A stretch of DNA of 64,000 nucleotides, taken from the NCBI GenBank assembly GCA_030390025.1, contig CM059432.1, forward strand, positions 43,960,001 to 44,024,000, given 5' to 3'. Both the position numbers and the translations under genes were made by a program. This document shows positions 1 through 13,355 of the stretch, one piece after another; within the stretch, counting starts at the first letter, position 1; the number at the start of each line of letters is the position of its first letter. The notes under the pieces were generated by a model. It saw nothing but the letters and a program-made list of their open reading frames with translations, had not been told where the DNA came from and did no database searches. This DNA is from Squalus acanthias (taxonomy: Eukaryota).

Positions 1-748
1 TAGTACACAGGAGGCTGGCCCTCTTTGTATAGATAAAGCAACTAAGGTGAGAACAGATATCTTAAACTTTAGATAAGCTTTAGCGGATAAGTCCAGACAG
101 CAATGTTTGGTAAAAATTTGAGGATAGCTGCAAGTAACAGCCCCTTTAGACATCTGTAGGCGTAATGTACTTTGGTGTTACCTGTGAGGTTATAACACCA
201 CAAAAAGCACTGATGTAACCATTTTGTCAATCTTTGGAAAGATGTCCAACATGACATAAATCATTGATTTATAAGCTGTCCGAGTGGAATAAGTGTAACA
301 TGGCTGTCCTAACATGTGCATCTTGAACACTGTGCTCCACTTCCAATTCATAAGGAGGCAGGCAAAAGACAGAAAAGCAAATTTCTGTTGTAGGTATATC
401 ACAGAAGTTACTTTAAGCAGGAACTTAAGCATCAGTATGAAAAGACAATATGAGGTCACAAAGTACATTTTCACTCTCCCAAAAGGCAGTTCACCAATTA
501 ATTAACATTAAAACTGAACAAAAAAAATCAAGACATTTTTGAAACAGGCATGATATAAATAGCATATTGTATTCTAGTGCTTGGGGATATGGAAAATATG
601 TAATCTGTGAACAGCCTATACTTTATCATTGTAAACTATGAGATCTTCTCTTGTTATTTCTTAAATCGCAACCTAAAATGTACATTATTTGCAGTTCACT
701 GCGACAAAGCTGATCTTCAATGTTCATTATCCAATATTGTCAGGTTAC

Positions 749-859
749 TCATAGTACTGCTATCCCATAGTATTGATGGCCTGATTTATTGAAACATTTG
801 TATGAACAAAGCAAGACTCGGACAGGGACAATGCGAACAGGACTGGTCATGCTAATTTC
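749..859 (-). CDS. LRRC69: Terminal coding exon of LRR protein (LRRC69-like): EISMTSPVRIVPVRVLLCSYKCFNKSGHQYYGIAVL*
   Basis: Polypyrimidine acceptor ttttctttttcatctttcag, 111-nt phase-0 exon ending in TGA (749-751). The CSYKCF motif matches the LRRC69 C-terminus as I recall it. Confidence 0.85.
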   Translation of the reverse strand, partial: EISMTSPVRIVPVRVLLCSYKCFNKSGHQYYGIAVL

Positions 860-1954
860 CTGAAAGATGAAAAAGAAAAAATAATATAAATCACGAAACA
901 ATGTTATATACTTGATTTTTTACATAAAAAATGTTTTAGATTAAATCTATAAAGTAAATTGCAGCTGGGACTGAAAATGTGCACTTGAATTACTTTATTT
1001 ATGAAACAACGTTTGTCAGATGATTTGCCACTCAGACCATAAAGAGACAGACTCATGCTATGATGGCATTAATCAATAGAATAGTTTAAAAAGGCTACAT
1101 TTTGCTAAATTATTATTCTGTTTCAATTTCTGACCCACAGGCATATTCCCATATATATTTTTAGTATTATTAATAAACCTAAAATAAAAAAATAAAAAAT
1201 GAGCAATGACTGAGAGATCCATTGGCCCTGAATATCTGCAGGCCATCCATTCTGGCCTAAGTTCCAGGATGCGGCCACTGGTGACCTTCAGTGCTGACCC
1301 CACCAAAGTATGCAGGATCAGGGGGAGGTCACCATTATAATACCAACAGCAGGCACCCACAGCAATAGGGGCACATCACAGGTGCTCACATTATTATTCT
1401 GTTTCAATTTCACTGGGAAGCTGGGGATCCCGGCTGAGGGTCCCCACTCCATCGAAAACATTGTTTAAACAGCCTATCAACCCCTGTCATAAGAGGGCTG
1501 AAATGCTGTTAATGTTTTTCTTAAATCTGCATGGACCCAGTCCACAACCCAGGCCTGTACTCCAGAGTGGACTCTACTTCCACTGGCCACCACACTTGTC
1601 TTCACTTTGCATACTAGCCAGGAATCAGGAGGCTCCTGGCCTGGAAATTCCTTTCATAGGCCTGAAACAGGCACTGGGTCCCCTATTTCCATGTGCAAAG
1701 AGTCTAATGCCTATTTCAGGCATGGGTCCTGGACACCTATGTAGGAGGAGCCTTTACCACGATGGCAGGCAATGTACTTTCAGCGCAGAATGTGCGCACA
1801 CATGCCGCCTGCCATAGTGAACGCTTAATTTATTTCTCTTGGAATCTTCATAAGCTTCTATTCTATCTTATTTTAAAAATCCAATTATTTCATCCAAATA
1901 TCTGCCCCATGTTTATTTATATATGTATGTAATATTTGAAACAAAATATTTTAC

Positions 1955-2128
1955 CTTTGTTACATCAACAAAGTTCACACATTCAAGCCAAGTGTTCAGA
2001 AAGCTTTTTTCACATACAGCGCATATGCTTGCATGATCTAATATTTTTCTCACTTCCGGGTAATATTTAAGAGCTGCATTGAGTGAATTACCCTTCAGCT
2101 CCTCCATGATATACCTTGCTGTAATTTC
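1955..2128 (-). CDS. LRRC69: Penultimate coding exon: EITARYIMEELKG...CAVCEKSFLNTWLECVNFVDVTK
   Basis: 174 nt, AG...GT bounded, phase 0/0. CxxC...WLECVxF motif recalled from LRRC69; lies within ORF 1913..2188. Confidence 0.85.
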
Positions 2129-2504
2129 CTTCAAATTATAAAGAGAATATACAATTAGGTGAGCAATAATGGAATTACATATTCTCATTTCACTTCAGAG
2201 ACATACATACATCTGAATCCAGCTCAGATTAATTAGGAGAAATCTATTGTCAGACTGTGGTGAAATGATTTTGGATAGTTCCCAGTTTCAGTTGCTACTG
2301 CATATAAATCCACATCACATGACTGCCCATAATTCACTAACAATTGTAAGTTGGTAGTTTTAATTAGAGGCCACAAATGGGTGACTGTTGTGAGAAATGG
2401 AAATGCTGTATTAAGGATAAAGCTATCTGCTGATTTCAACTAATAGCATATTAGATAAATGCACTGCATGTTTTGATGCTGAGCTAAATAAACTAGAAGG
2501 TTCA

Positions 2505-3075
2505 TAGTATAATCTATGTTTGTACTGAGTTAGCTGATCACAGCTAGGGAAGCAGTCGGGGACTACAAATGCCCTCACTACCTCCAGGCTAAGGAAGAAA
2601 AGTCAACCGGATCATCCATGCCCAATTGCTATCCAGTAACTTCCGCTGGAGAGTTCTCATACGTTGATGTTAGCGTGCAAGGATCAGGCTTTATGCAATG
2701 CCTGTACAGTTAAGTAGCCCATCAACTAGGGTTGCCAACTCTGTTTGCATGTATTCCTGCAGATATCATCAAAAGACCTTCAACCGCCTCGCCAGTCAAA
2801 CAGCCTTTTTTTCACCATCTCAAATATTTTTGTAACTAATAAACAAAAATGTTCAAAGAAAATTTAAGAAAAGAGACACAATTTTATTTTTATCCTGAGT
2901 TGCTCGTGGCAGTGTCTCTCATTCCTGGAGACTTCAGGATAATCCTGAAGGATTGGCAACCCTACCATCAACACTCACTATATCAACTCAAAAACAGCCA
3001 CTTAACTGAGGTACGGGAGGGCTGCCAATATCTGTGGAACTATACCGCAGCATGAATCAGTGTGTTCAGGTGAGC
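2505..3075 (+). mobile_element. Old SINE-like repeat (TGAGTTAGCTGATC family), interrupted by a hAT MITE
   Basis: Similar to the copy at ~57380-57750 (gctgagttagcta..., caacactcacta, actgaggtac...gggc); boundaries approximate. Confidence 0.5.
2727..2964. mobile_element. hAT-type MITE
   Basis: TIRs TAGGGTTGCCAA / TTGGCAACCCTA and a perfect 8-bp TSD CCATCAAC (2719-2726, 2965-2972). Confidence 0.85.
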
Positions 3076-3594
3076 TGGGGAGAAAATTGATGAAAAAAAC
3101 ACACTGCTGAGTCAGTGCAGAGCAAGGTTTTGCTCATATCCAATCCTTAAAATGCTTCATACAAAGATCAGATGCAAAAAGGCCTTACCTTGATTAACAA
3201 AAAAAATCACCAAAAATTTAGTAAAAATGACAGGATGAGAAAAAGGAAAATACAGTGCTGTTTGTGAAAAGGTTTACACTGGAACACTGGAGTCTTCCTG
3301 GAAATTTAGAAAATGCATGTTTTTATTTTCTTTAAGGCTGGGGCTCTTCCAGAGGATTTTTGTCTGGATGTAATTTTAGCTAATCACTAGGAGGAAAATG
3401 TCTAGAGCATCTGTAGAAAAACACAAGCAATTTTTTCCTACAATTTAGAGGCATGGATTTATTTGAATATCAGTCTCGTCTCTTTCCCCTATGTGCTAGT
3501 TTCCATTTTTCTGTTATCTTTGTGATAATTGGGCTCTTTTACTCGGAGGCCGGGAGGGAGCTGGATTGAGGTGGTGGCGATCAAAGGTGGAGAA

Positions 3595-3880
3595 ATCAGA
3601 GGCCGGGTCAAGGGGTGAGATTGGAGGCCGGGTCGAGGGGTGAGATCGGAAGCCTGGGGGGGCGGGGGGTTGGTGAGATCAGAGGTCGGGTCGAGGGGTG
3701 AGATCGGAGGCCGGAGCAGCAGGTGAGATTGGTGGCTAGAGCAGGGCAGGGGGGAGATCGAAGGCCGGAGCAGGGGATGAGATCGGAGGCCGGAGTAGGG
3801 GATGAGACCGGAAGCAGGGTTGGGGTGAGATCGGAGGCCTCGTGGGGGAGGGGGGATCAGAAGGGTTGAGGGGTGTCCGA
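3595..3880. repeat. Degenerate ~24-bp G-rich tandem repeat (gaggggtgagatcggaggccggg)n within a non-autonomous element
   Basis: About 10 imperfect copies of gagatcggaggcc. Confidence 0.7.
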
Positions 3881-4859
3881 TTGCGAGGGGTTGGTAAAAC
3901 AGTTAAGTTCGATCCACCAGGTATGTGGAAAGGCACTTACCTCCTGAATCCAGCAGTCCTTGTCTCTCTTTAGCCGTCGGGTTAAATTTGAAATGGTGGA
4001 TAAATATGAGGCACGCAGCCTCATTATAATATTTAAATTGCCAACCCACCTGCTTGGAGCTGGTTGGTTGCCCGCCCCTGTCCCACCTCTGTTAAAACAG
4101 GAAGTTGGCGGGTTGGAGGCGGGCTGGTATGGATTCAGATTTTTAACCTCCCACCCCACTCAAACCCGTTATGGCTGACTAACAAACATTAGTGTTTGTA
4201 GGCCAATGCACACAATTTATTTTAAAATTGGCATGTTGCTGGTACCTTTAGGTGGAACAAAATGTGGAGCAAAAGAGGCACAAAGAGTGTAACCACACAT
4301 TAGGCAGAAAAATAATTTTTAACTCATGGGACCTCTGCGGAAGCCAATAGTTAAATAACAGATGCTGCAGCATATTTCACTGGCAGCTGCCCACAATTCC
4401 TAACATATACTCTTGCCAGCTCGCCAGTTGTACAGGAATTTTGCAATTAGGGCATACATTGGGATGTCAGCAATGAGGTCAGTAGGCAGTGGTGGCTGAT
4501 TTAACGTTCTTTTGCTCTGTGAGGGAATAACCTTATGGCATGTCTGTGTTTACTCACAACACCTGCACTCAATTCAGAAACAGCTGATAATACATGTTAC
4601 GTCGCCAGCTATTGGGCTACATGCTGCATTAAAAATAAAATTTGGCTTGCTCAAGATCTGCTTTTGTTGGCTTGTTTTGAATCTACAACAGAAGACCTGT
4701 AAGGCCTCTAGTATTATTACAAGTTCCTGCATCCAATAAAAACCATGTCTATATGCTGCTCCCAGATTCACATTAAAACCATGAGGTACTGCCACCCACC
4801 ACCCCCTGACCATTGCCTCCCCCCTTTCCTGATTGCAGCCTTCCTCCTACACTTTGTCG

Positions 4860-5010
4860 CACCTCTCCCTCCCAATCACTGAACCCCATCTCCCAGTCGC
4901 TGTCCTTGCTCCCGATCGCTAACCCCCCTCTCCCAATCATCCCCCTCCCTCCCGATCACTGACCCCCCCATCCCCTGGTCGCCACCTCCCGATCGCTGAC
5001 CCCACTCTTC
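4860..5010. repeat. Degenerate C-rich tandem repeat (cccgatcgctgacccccc)n
   Basis: Repeated cccgatcgct/cccaatcact units. Confidence 0.55.
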
Positions 5011-5099
5011 CATGATCTATCAGAGGGCCGTTGAAATTCAAATGGTTTTCATTGGGAATCTGCCTAAGGACGCTCGCTGGTCTGATGTAGATGAGATCA

Positions 5100-5362
5100 G
5101 TGGTCTTCGACAGCACTTCCCAAACCCGCGACCTCTACCACCTAGAAGGACATGGGCAGCATGCGCATGGGAACACTACCACCACCATCCTGACTTGGAA
5201 ATATATCGCCGTTACTTCATCGTCGCTGGGTCAAAATCCTGGAACTCCCTCCCTAACAGCACTGTGGGAGTACCTTCACCACGTGGACTGTAGCAGTTCA
5301 AGAAGGCGGCTCACCACCACCTTCTCAAGGGCAATTAGGGATGGGCAATATATGCTGGCATT
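5100..5362 (+). mobile_element. 3' fragment of the same LINE family as 47526-52650
   Basis: Close match to 52330-52610 (cagcac..cccaaacccg...tcaaaatcctggaactccct...gggcaattagggatgggcaata). Confidence 0.85.
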
Positions 5363-6239
5363 GACAGTTTCTGGAAATAACAATCATTAATGTCTTTGAT
5401 TAACTATTATATCTGTGGTGAGCACGATTCAGTCTCAAGAGTGTCATCAGATTTCAAGGGAGTATTTGAATGTTTCACACTCACTTGAGAAGGAGCTAAA
5501 GGATTCTAGGATTTTTGATATGGACTTTGGTGATTGCTCTTAAGGAGGATTAATTCAGTGCGACATTTGCCTAGGAACCATGAGATGGATAAAGTAATGC
5601 ACTTGAAATCCTATATTAAAAGGGTGATGCCTGGGTAAAAGAACATAATGGGTTAAGACAGTCAGCCAGGAAGGATAGCTCATGTGCAGCCTATGCAATT
5701 GAAACAAATTATCGGTAGATTAATTTGGGATCGACAGCAAGGAACAGGTCAATTGCAGTGAAGCACTAATCAAGCAAGGGCTTCTGGGTCATAATTGCCA
5801 GAATCAGAGAGCAAGTTGAATCTGTTTAGATGTCTAGCTGCAGAGAGAGAGGAGGAGGTGACAGCCTAACTGCTAACTTGTTGATTTCATCAAGGTCAAA
5901 ACATGTTCATTCTTGCTTTTGGTTGCAAAATGAGACAAAGGAAAAGATAAGGAGACAGAAAAACAAGTCTATATATGGTATTCTGCCTGGCAACAGACTG
6001 AAAGGAGAGATAAGAGTATAAAACACCCAGGCTTACAACAGGAGAACCACAACATTCAATGGCAAGAACCTGCTCAACTCTCCCAGGACAAGGACTTGAT
6101 CACCCGAAGTTTCCAAGTTATGCTCCCCAGAATAAGGTTGTATGACTACTTTATCTGGTAAAACTGTCATGTCTAAATGTCAATAAAATTAGAAAATATA
6201 GTGTCTTTCTTGATTCTTGACTTTTCGTGCCTGGTAAAA

Positions 6240-6500
6240 GAAAACTCTACAGTGTGAAGATTCATCTGTGCAGATGATCTCTGCATCGCTACCCAATCGT
6301 AAAGATTTGAGGACATTCAGCACATCCTGACTCCGAGTGCACTTGGAGAATACTATCGTACATGGTCTCTGAATGCCAACCCTCGCAAGACACAAGTGTG
6401 TGCCTTCCACTCGAAACACCGTCAGGAAAAGCTCCAGGTAATGTGAGCTAGTACAATCTTTGAGCACTACGAGTACCCAGTGTACCTTAGAGTCAAATTA
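6240..6500 (+). pseudogene. Degraded non-LTR RT fragment (RTE/RTEX-like)
   Basis: Reads ADDLCIATQ...LNANPRKTQVCAFH in broken frames. Confidence 0.5.
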
Positions 6501-7429
6501 GAATCTATAGAATGTGTGCAAAAATCCTTTGCATCAAAAGAGGGGAAATAAAATATCACAATTCAGTTAATGTAATATCTTGATGAGTTCAAACTGTTTA
6601 GTAGACATGATGGAATTAAATTCTTGCCTGTAGTCTGTAATGTATTTATGGTATGCAAACAGTAGCTAATTCACCTGTGACATGCAGTGAAACAAAACTC
6701 CATATCAGTATAGTTACATGACACAATACCAATTCAGTTCAAGCCACATGATTTGATCACAGAAGCCTGCTTCATCTCATTATACTCACTATCCTTTCCT
6801 CTAACTACGCACATATATAAAAATTAACTTGTACTATTTTAAGAATGCAGTATAACTTGAACTGTCTGATTGTAAACAAATAGAGCAAAGCTTGAATATT
6901 TATCATTGTCCTTTGATACGTTACTGCTTCGTAACACATAACAGTCTTTATTACCCTGCGTGTAATAGTTACAATGGGGGGGATTTTAACATCAAAGGAT
7001 GAGTGGGTTTGGTGGGTAATAAAAAGCGCTGAAATTGACAGTGCATTGGGAAGCTGGCTCCAACCTGCCGACTTCCGCATTTCACTGGAGCACGTTTGGC
7101 AGTGTGCGAGAAACCTCCTCGGGAGAGGCGGGTTACCAATTGAAAGCAATTAAGAGGTAGTTAACAGGTTTTTCAACAGGGGTTTTCAACTTTCATTGTG
7201 GGTCCATGGGTTTCCCAGGCTTCCTGGACCTCGCCAGTGAAAGCAAGGCGAAAGTACAGCGGCAATTGAGGGGGCTGAAGAAATGACAGACAAAACATAC
7301 CATAAGTACTGAGATCTCAGACCTGCTTCCTTGCCTAAGTGAAAGGCTTTTGCTCACAGCACTTGTTCGGAGAGTTTGCTTTCAGTACTTTGCAGGTGAT
7401 TTCTACAATTTTGGAGGTGGTTTCTCCTA

Positions 7430-8949
7430 TTTGGAGGTGATTTTCACTACACTGGAGGTCACTCTCACTTCATTGGAGGTCACCCTCACGACACTGGAGG
7501 TCACTCTCACTTCATTGGAGGTCACTCTCACGACACTGGAGGTCACTCTCACTACATTGGAGGTCACTCTCACTTCATTGGAGGTCACTCTCACGACACT
7601 GGAGGTCACTCTCACGACACTGGAGGTCACTCTCACGACACTGGAGGTCATTCTCACGACACTGGAGGTCACCCTCACGACACTGGAGGTCACCCTCGCG
7701 ACACTGGAGGTCACTCTCACTACACTGGAGGTCACTCTCACTACACTGGAGGTCACCCTCGCGACACTGGAGGTCACCCTCGCGACACTGGAGGTCACCC
7801 TCGCGACATTGGAGGTCACTCTCGCGACCCTGGAGGTCACTCTCACTTCACTGGAGGTCACTCTCGCGACACTGGAGGTCACTCTCGCGACACTGGAGGT
7901 CATTCTCACGACACTGGAGGTCACCCTCACGACATTGGAGGTCACTCTCACTTCATTGGAGGTCACTCTCACTACATTGGAGGTCACTCTCACTACATTG
8001 GAGGTCACTCTCACTTCATTGGAGGTCACTCTCACTTCATTGGAGGTCACTCTCACGACACTGGAGGTCACCCTCGCGACACTGGAGGTCACTCTCACTA
8101 CACTGGAGGTCACTCTCACTACATTGGAGGTCACTCTCACTACATTGGAGGTCACTCTCACTTCATTGGAGGTCACTCTCACTTCATTGGAGGTCACTCT
8201 CACGACACTGGAGGTCACCCTCGCGACACTGGAGGTCACCCTCGCGACACTGGAGGTCACCCTCACGACACTGGAGGTCACCCTCGCGACACTGGAGGTC
8301 ACCCTCGCGACATTGGAGGTCACTCTCACTACATTGGAGGTCACTCTCACTTCACTGGAGGTCACTCTCACTTCATTGGAGGTCACTCTCACTTCATTGG
8401 AGGTCACTCTCACGACACTGGAGGTCACCCTCGCGACACTGGAGGTCACTCTCACTACACTGGAGGTCACTCTCACTACACTGGAGGTCACCCTCGCGAC
8501 ACTGGAGGTCACCCTCGCGACACTGGAGGTCACTCTCGCGACACTGGAGGTCACTCTCGCGACCCTGGAGGTCACTCTCACTTCACTGGAGGTCACTCTC
8601 ACTTCATTGGAGGTCACTCTCACTTCATTGGAGGTCACTCTCACGACACTGGAGGTCACTCTCACTACACTGGAGGTCACTCTCACTACACTGGAGGTCA
8701 CTCTCACTTCACTGGAGGTCACTCTCACTTCACTGGAGGTCACTCTCACTTCATTGGAGGTCACTCTCACTTCATTGGAGGTCACCCTCGCGACACTGGA
8801 GGTCACTCTCGCGACACTGGAGGTCATTCTCACGACACTGGAGGTCACCCTCACGACATTGGAGGTCACCCTCACGACATTGGAGGTCACCCTCACGACA
8901 CTGGAGGTCACTCTCACTTCATTGGAGGTCACTCTCACGACATTGGAGG
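7430..8949. repeat. 21-bp minisatellite, ~72 units, consensus (c/t)tggaggtcac(t/c)ctc(a/g)c(g/t)(a/t)ca
   Basis: Uninterrupted 21-nt period; produces the (TTLEVTL)n and (VRVTSSV)n ORFs. Confidence 0.98.
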
Positions 8950-9243
8950 ATTGTGCGTCTGATCTCCACTTTATTAAATCTGTCATATATCAGATCAGCA
9001 TGGGTGCCGCTTATGCTGTTTCACCTTGGACCTTAAATGAGGAGCAAGATGAGCACCAGCATCAACAGCAGCGCACATTGTTGCCCGGGATGGACTCATC
9101 ACAGCAACATTTAGTTAGGTTGCACGACTGAACCCATCTGGCAGCCACAGCTGAACACACTTGCCACCCGCTCCCCCAGCACAAAGCAGTCCTGCAATCA
9201 ACAAAGTATCCCTTTCACAGACACCCATTGCTCAGAACACTCA

Positions 9244-10485
9244 GGACAAGCGTGGATTAATTAAGGAAAGCCAGCACGGATTTGTTCAAGGCAAATTGTG
9301 TTTAACCAACTTGATCGAGTTTTTTCATGAGGTAACAGAGAGGGTTGATGAGGGTAATGCGGTTGATGTGGAGTACATGGATTTCCAAAAGGCGTTCGAC
9401 AAAGTGTCACATAATAGGCTTGCCAGCAAAGTTGAAGCCCATGGAATAAAAGGGACAGTGGCATCATGGATACGAAATTGGCTAAGTGACAGGAAACAGA
9501 GAGTAGTGGTGAACGGTTGTTTTTCGGACTGGAGGAAGGTATACAGTGGTGTTCCCCAGGGGTCGGTTCTAGGACCACTGCTTTTCTTGATATATATTAA
9601 TGACTTGGACTTGGGTGTACAGGGCACAATTTCAAAATTTGCAGATGACACAAAACTTGGAAGTATAGTGAACAGTGAGGAGGATAGTGATAGACTTCAA
9701 GAGGACATAGTCAGGCTGGTGGAATGGGCGGACACGTGGCAAATGAAATTTAATGCAGAAAAGTGCAAAGTGATACATTTTGGTAGAAAGAATGAAGAGA
9801 AGAAATATAAACTAAAGGGTACAATCCTAAAGGGGGTGCATGAACAGAGAGACCTAGGGGTATATGTGCTGAAATCATTGAAGGTGGCAGGGCAGGTTAA
9901 GAAAGCAGTTAAAAAAGCATACGGGATCCTGGGCTTCATGATTAGAGGTATAGAGTACAAAAGTGTGGAAATGATGATGAACCTGTATAAAACACTGGTT
10001 CGGCCTCAACTGGAGTATTGTGTCCAATTCTGGGCACCGCACTTTAGGAAGGATGTGAAGGCCTTAGAGAGGGTGCAGAAAAGATTTACAAGAATGATTC
10101 CAGGAATGAGGGACTTGAGTTACGTGGATAGCCTGGAGAAGCTGGGGTTGTTCTCCTGAGAGCAGAGAAGATTGAGAGGAGATTTGATAGAGGTGTTCAA
10201 AATCATGAGGAGTCTGGACAGAGTAGACAGAGAGAAACTGTTCCCATTGGCAGAAGTGTCGAGAACCAGAGGACACAGATTTAAGGTGATTGGCGGAAGA
10301 ACCAAAGACAACATGAGGAAAAACTTTTTTACTCAGCGAGTGGTTAGGATCGGAATGCAAAAATTTGCAAGGCTACAAGGAAAGGGCAGGGGAGTGGGAC
10401 TAGCTCAAGTGCTCTTGCAGAGAGCCAGCATGGGCTCAACAGGCCGAATGGCCTTCTTCCATGCTGTAACCATTCTATGATTCTA
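9244..10485 (+). mobile_element. 5'-truncated CR1 LINE (RT domain and 3' UTR)
   Basis: QHGF...DFQKAFDKV...[13 protein letters not shown]...KFADD motifs, stop at 10157-10159, ATTCTATG-type tail. Confidence 0.95.
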
Positions 10486-10799
10486 TTTAAGTCTTGTCTT
10501 ACCATTCATCAGAACTGAGAAGGCCAGTTGCCAGGCAGCAGGCAAAAATGGGCAAGACTGGAAAGTGGTGCAAAGGAATAATTTTGTGTGGATCAAAACT
10601 TATACATTAACTTATTGTGATATGTCTAACACACCCATGTGCATATCCTTGTGCAACTAATAATCTTTTATCTTCCTTTTCCTATAACTCCTACGATGTG
10701 CAACCTCTGTGGCTTTAGCAGAGATAGAGGTAGGCTGTTCACTTCCCTGCTCTAACTGCTCAGATGCTCTTGGCTGACATCCTCTGGGTTTTGGAGCCC

Positions 10800-11729
10800 G
10801 TGATCTGTGAGACACAACTATCTGTCTTGATGGTCCCACCGATGTGTGTGTATCTGCGCTGGTGCATGCGTCCTGTGACAGTGCACCCTCAGAGTTAGTG
10901 ACCTCCTCTGAGGAGTTGTCTTCCTCCTCCAGCTCCACCACTTGATGGGCCTGTGGGACATTAAAGACATGAATTAGAACTGTCATGGCAAGAATGTTTT
11001 AACTTACTATTATGCATATGTTTATATTTCACTGGCTGTTGACATCAAGTCAACATGAGTGACTGTTGTATGCCATATGGCTGTGTGATATTTAATTCTG
11101 TCACCAGGTAGCTGGGAGCTCCCCATCTCTCACCACCAGGCACGCCAACACTCTGCTTATTTCAAGTGCATCCTCCTCTGCAGCTGTGAGCATGGTGATG
11201 ATCGGAGGGCCACCTCCGGTTCTCTGGCTCTCCCTGGTGTTCTGCGCTTTCTTCTCCTGCAAGGAGGGAAACAAGAGACCTTTGAGTGAGAGGCATAGAA
11301 TGAGTGGAACGGATAAATGGACAACATCTGTTGAGGGTGACAATGAGGGAGAGGCTTGACATTGCATTAAGATGAGGGTGAGTATCAGTGGGGGATGGTC
11401 AAATGGGGATGTGAGGAAGTGCATAGACAGAGGGATGGATGCATCTGCAAGATACATTGGTGTAAGGAGTGACATGCAGGAGTAGGCTCCTTTCCTGCCC
11501 TCATGTGGTCATTAAATCGCTTCCTGCACTGTATCCAGGAGCGTGGCACCATACTCCTGCTGCTAACCTCCTCTGCTATCTCCAGCCATGCCTTCTTCGT
11601 TAGTGAGGTTGGATTCCTCCTCCCATCAGCAAGGAATAAAACCTCCCTGCGGGCCCTTGCACCTTGCAGCATGAGGTCCAGGGAGGCATCACTAAAGTGA
11701 GGGGCAGCTGTGGAACGTTGAGTCTCCAT
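10800..11729 (-). pseudogene. Harbinger-associated Myb/SANT (trihelix) DNA-binding protein remnant, spliced
   Basis: APHFSDASLDLMLQGARARREVLF...KKAWLEIAEEVSS...RSWIQCRKRFND, followed by the exon EKKAQNTRESQRTGGGPP. Confidence 0.8.
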
Positions 11730-12473
11730 TGTATGCAGCTACCTATCTTTCTCCCATCTCCACAATCCTTCAACTGTCATCTTTGCAGAGTTCCTTTAAA
11801 TATCTCAGCATCACGCCCGCTCGCATTAATTGGTCAGGAAAGAAGGATGTAAATGAGTGGCTGGGTTAAAAAGTCACTAACAGACGCACTGCAGCTACTT
11901 CCATGTTTCCCGCGCGCTACCGGTAGATCCCCCCACCCCGCTCTCAGCACGTCGCCAAGTAAATATTCCGGCCAGTGCTTCATGGTTTATTTTTTGTGCA
12001 CCGGACTAATATTTTAAAAAGTTATCAGCTACTATTTTGTTTTCAATTAACTTCTGATTCCATTGCTTGACTATTGTTAAACTCAATAAAATTTTGTTTT
12101 TGTCATATGTTTTGCGAACATATATTCCTCCTTAGCAATTGTGGTCAATGATGAGTAGTGTGATTACTCTCTTCTACCACCACCCCCCACCGCATGAACT
12201 CCAGTTGTGAAGTTAAATTGGCCACAGAATCAACAGCTGTTACAAATAAATACTGTAATATGGTGACAACTGCACACTGTCCTATAGCTAGACTGCATCA
12301 GCATTTGGAGTCATGCAATAGCAGTGGTGGTTAAATACAGTTTACACTTACAGATTTACATCGCCTTTGCAATTAAAAATGCTGGCAAAGAGAATCAACC
12401 TTTCAAATGTATAATTCCAGCACAGCACAACACCCTGTAAGAATAAAGGACATGCATGAATGAAATTAAGCTT

Positions 12474-12920
12474 GTCAGCTTTAGCTCAGTGGTAGCACTC
12501 TGGCCTCTGAGTCAAAAGGTTGTGGGCTCTATTCCCACCCCAGAAACTTGAGCACATAATCTGAGTTGAAACTTCAGTACAGTATTGAAGGGGTGCTGCA
12601 CTGTTGAAGATACTGCCTTTCGGATGAAATGGTAAACTGAGATTCCATCTGCCACCTTGAGTGGAAGTGAAAGATCCCATGGCACTTAGCGAAGAAGAGC
12701 ATGGGAGATCTCCCAGAGCTGGTCAACATTTATCTCTCAATCAACATCACTAAAACAGATTATCTTGTCATTGATTTCATTGCTGTTTGTGAGGTCTTGC
12801 TATGTGCAAATTGACTGCCACATTTTCTTACATTACAACTACAGCTCAAAGTACTTCATCGGCTGTAAAGCACTTTGGGATGTCATGAAAGGCATTATAT
12901 AAATGCAGATTCTTTCTTCT
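12474..12920 (+). mobile_element. tRNA-derived Deu-core SINE
   Basis: tRNA-like head (tagctcagtggtagcactct...) and Deu core (ttcggatga...aaagatcccatggcact); homologous to 44331-44790. Confidence 0.85.
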
Positions 12921-12935
12921 GTTACTGAACTACAT

Positions 12936-13355
12936 TAAGAACATGAGAAATAGGAGCAGGAGTAGGCCATTCGGCCCCTCGAGCCTGTTCCACAATTCAA
13001 TAAGATCATGGCTGATCTTCTACCTCAACTCCACTTTCCTGCACTATCCCCATATCCCTTGATTCCCTTAACATCCAAAAATCTATCGATCTCTGTCTTG
13101 AATATACTCAACGACTGAGCCTCCACAGCGCTCTGGTGTAGAGAATTCCAAAGATTCACCATCCTCTGAGTGAAGAAATTTCTCCTCATCTCAGTCCTAA
13201 ATGGCCGACCCCTTATTCTGAGACTGTGACCCCTGGTTCTAGACTCCCTAGCCAGAGGAAACATCCTCCCTGCATCTACTCTGTGAAGCCTTGTAAGAAT
13301 TTTGTATGTTTCAATGAGATCACCGCTCATTCTTCTAAACTCTAGAGAATATAGG
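12936..13355 (-). mobile_element. CR1 LINE 3' fragment
   Basis: YSLEFRRMSGDLIETYKIL...FFTQRMVNLWNSL; 3' tail aagaacat. Confidence 0.93.

Larger units (their letters stand above)
6976..11973. mobile_element. Defective PIF/Harbinger DNA transposon containing the 21-bp minisatellite, a Q-rich transposase-start remnant, an inserted CR1 and a minus-strand Myb/SANT gene remnant
   Basis: GGGGGGGATTTT left end and AATATTCCGGCC right end, imperfect 3-bp flanks (aat/agt), convergent two-gene Harbinger layout. Confidence 0.6.

Noticed and set aside
69..340. Weak zinc-knuckle-like remnants on the minus strand (CHVGHLSKD, CYNLTGNTKVHYAYRC)
   Set aside because: Fragmented across frames with stops; possibly an ancient LINE ORF1 relic but too degraded to call.
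7350..9131. 593-aa (+) and 519-aa (-) ORFs as real genes, or the array as a CRISPR locus
   Set aside because: Both ORFs are translations of a stop-free 21-bp tandem unit. There are no unique spacers or cas genes, and the context is a vertebrate intron.
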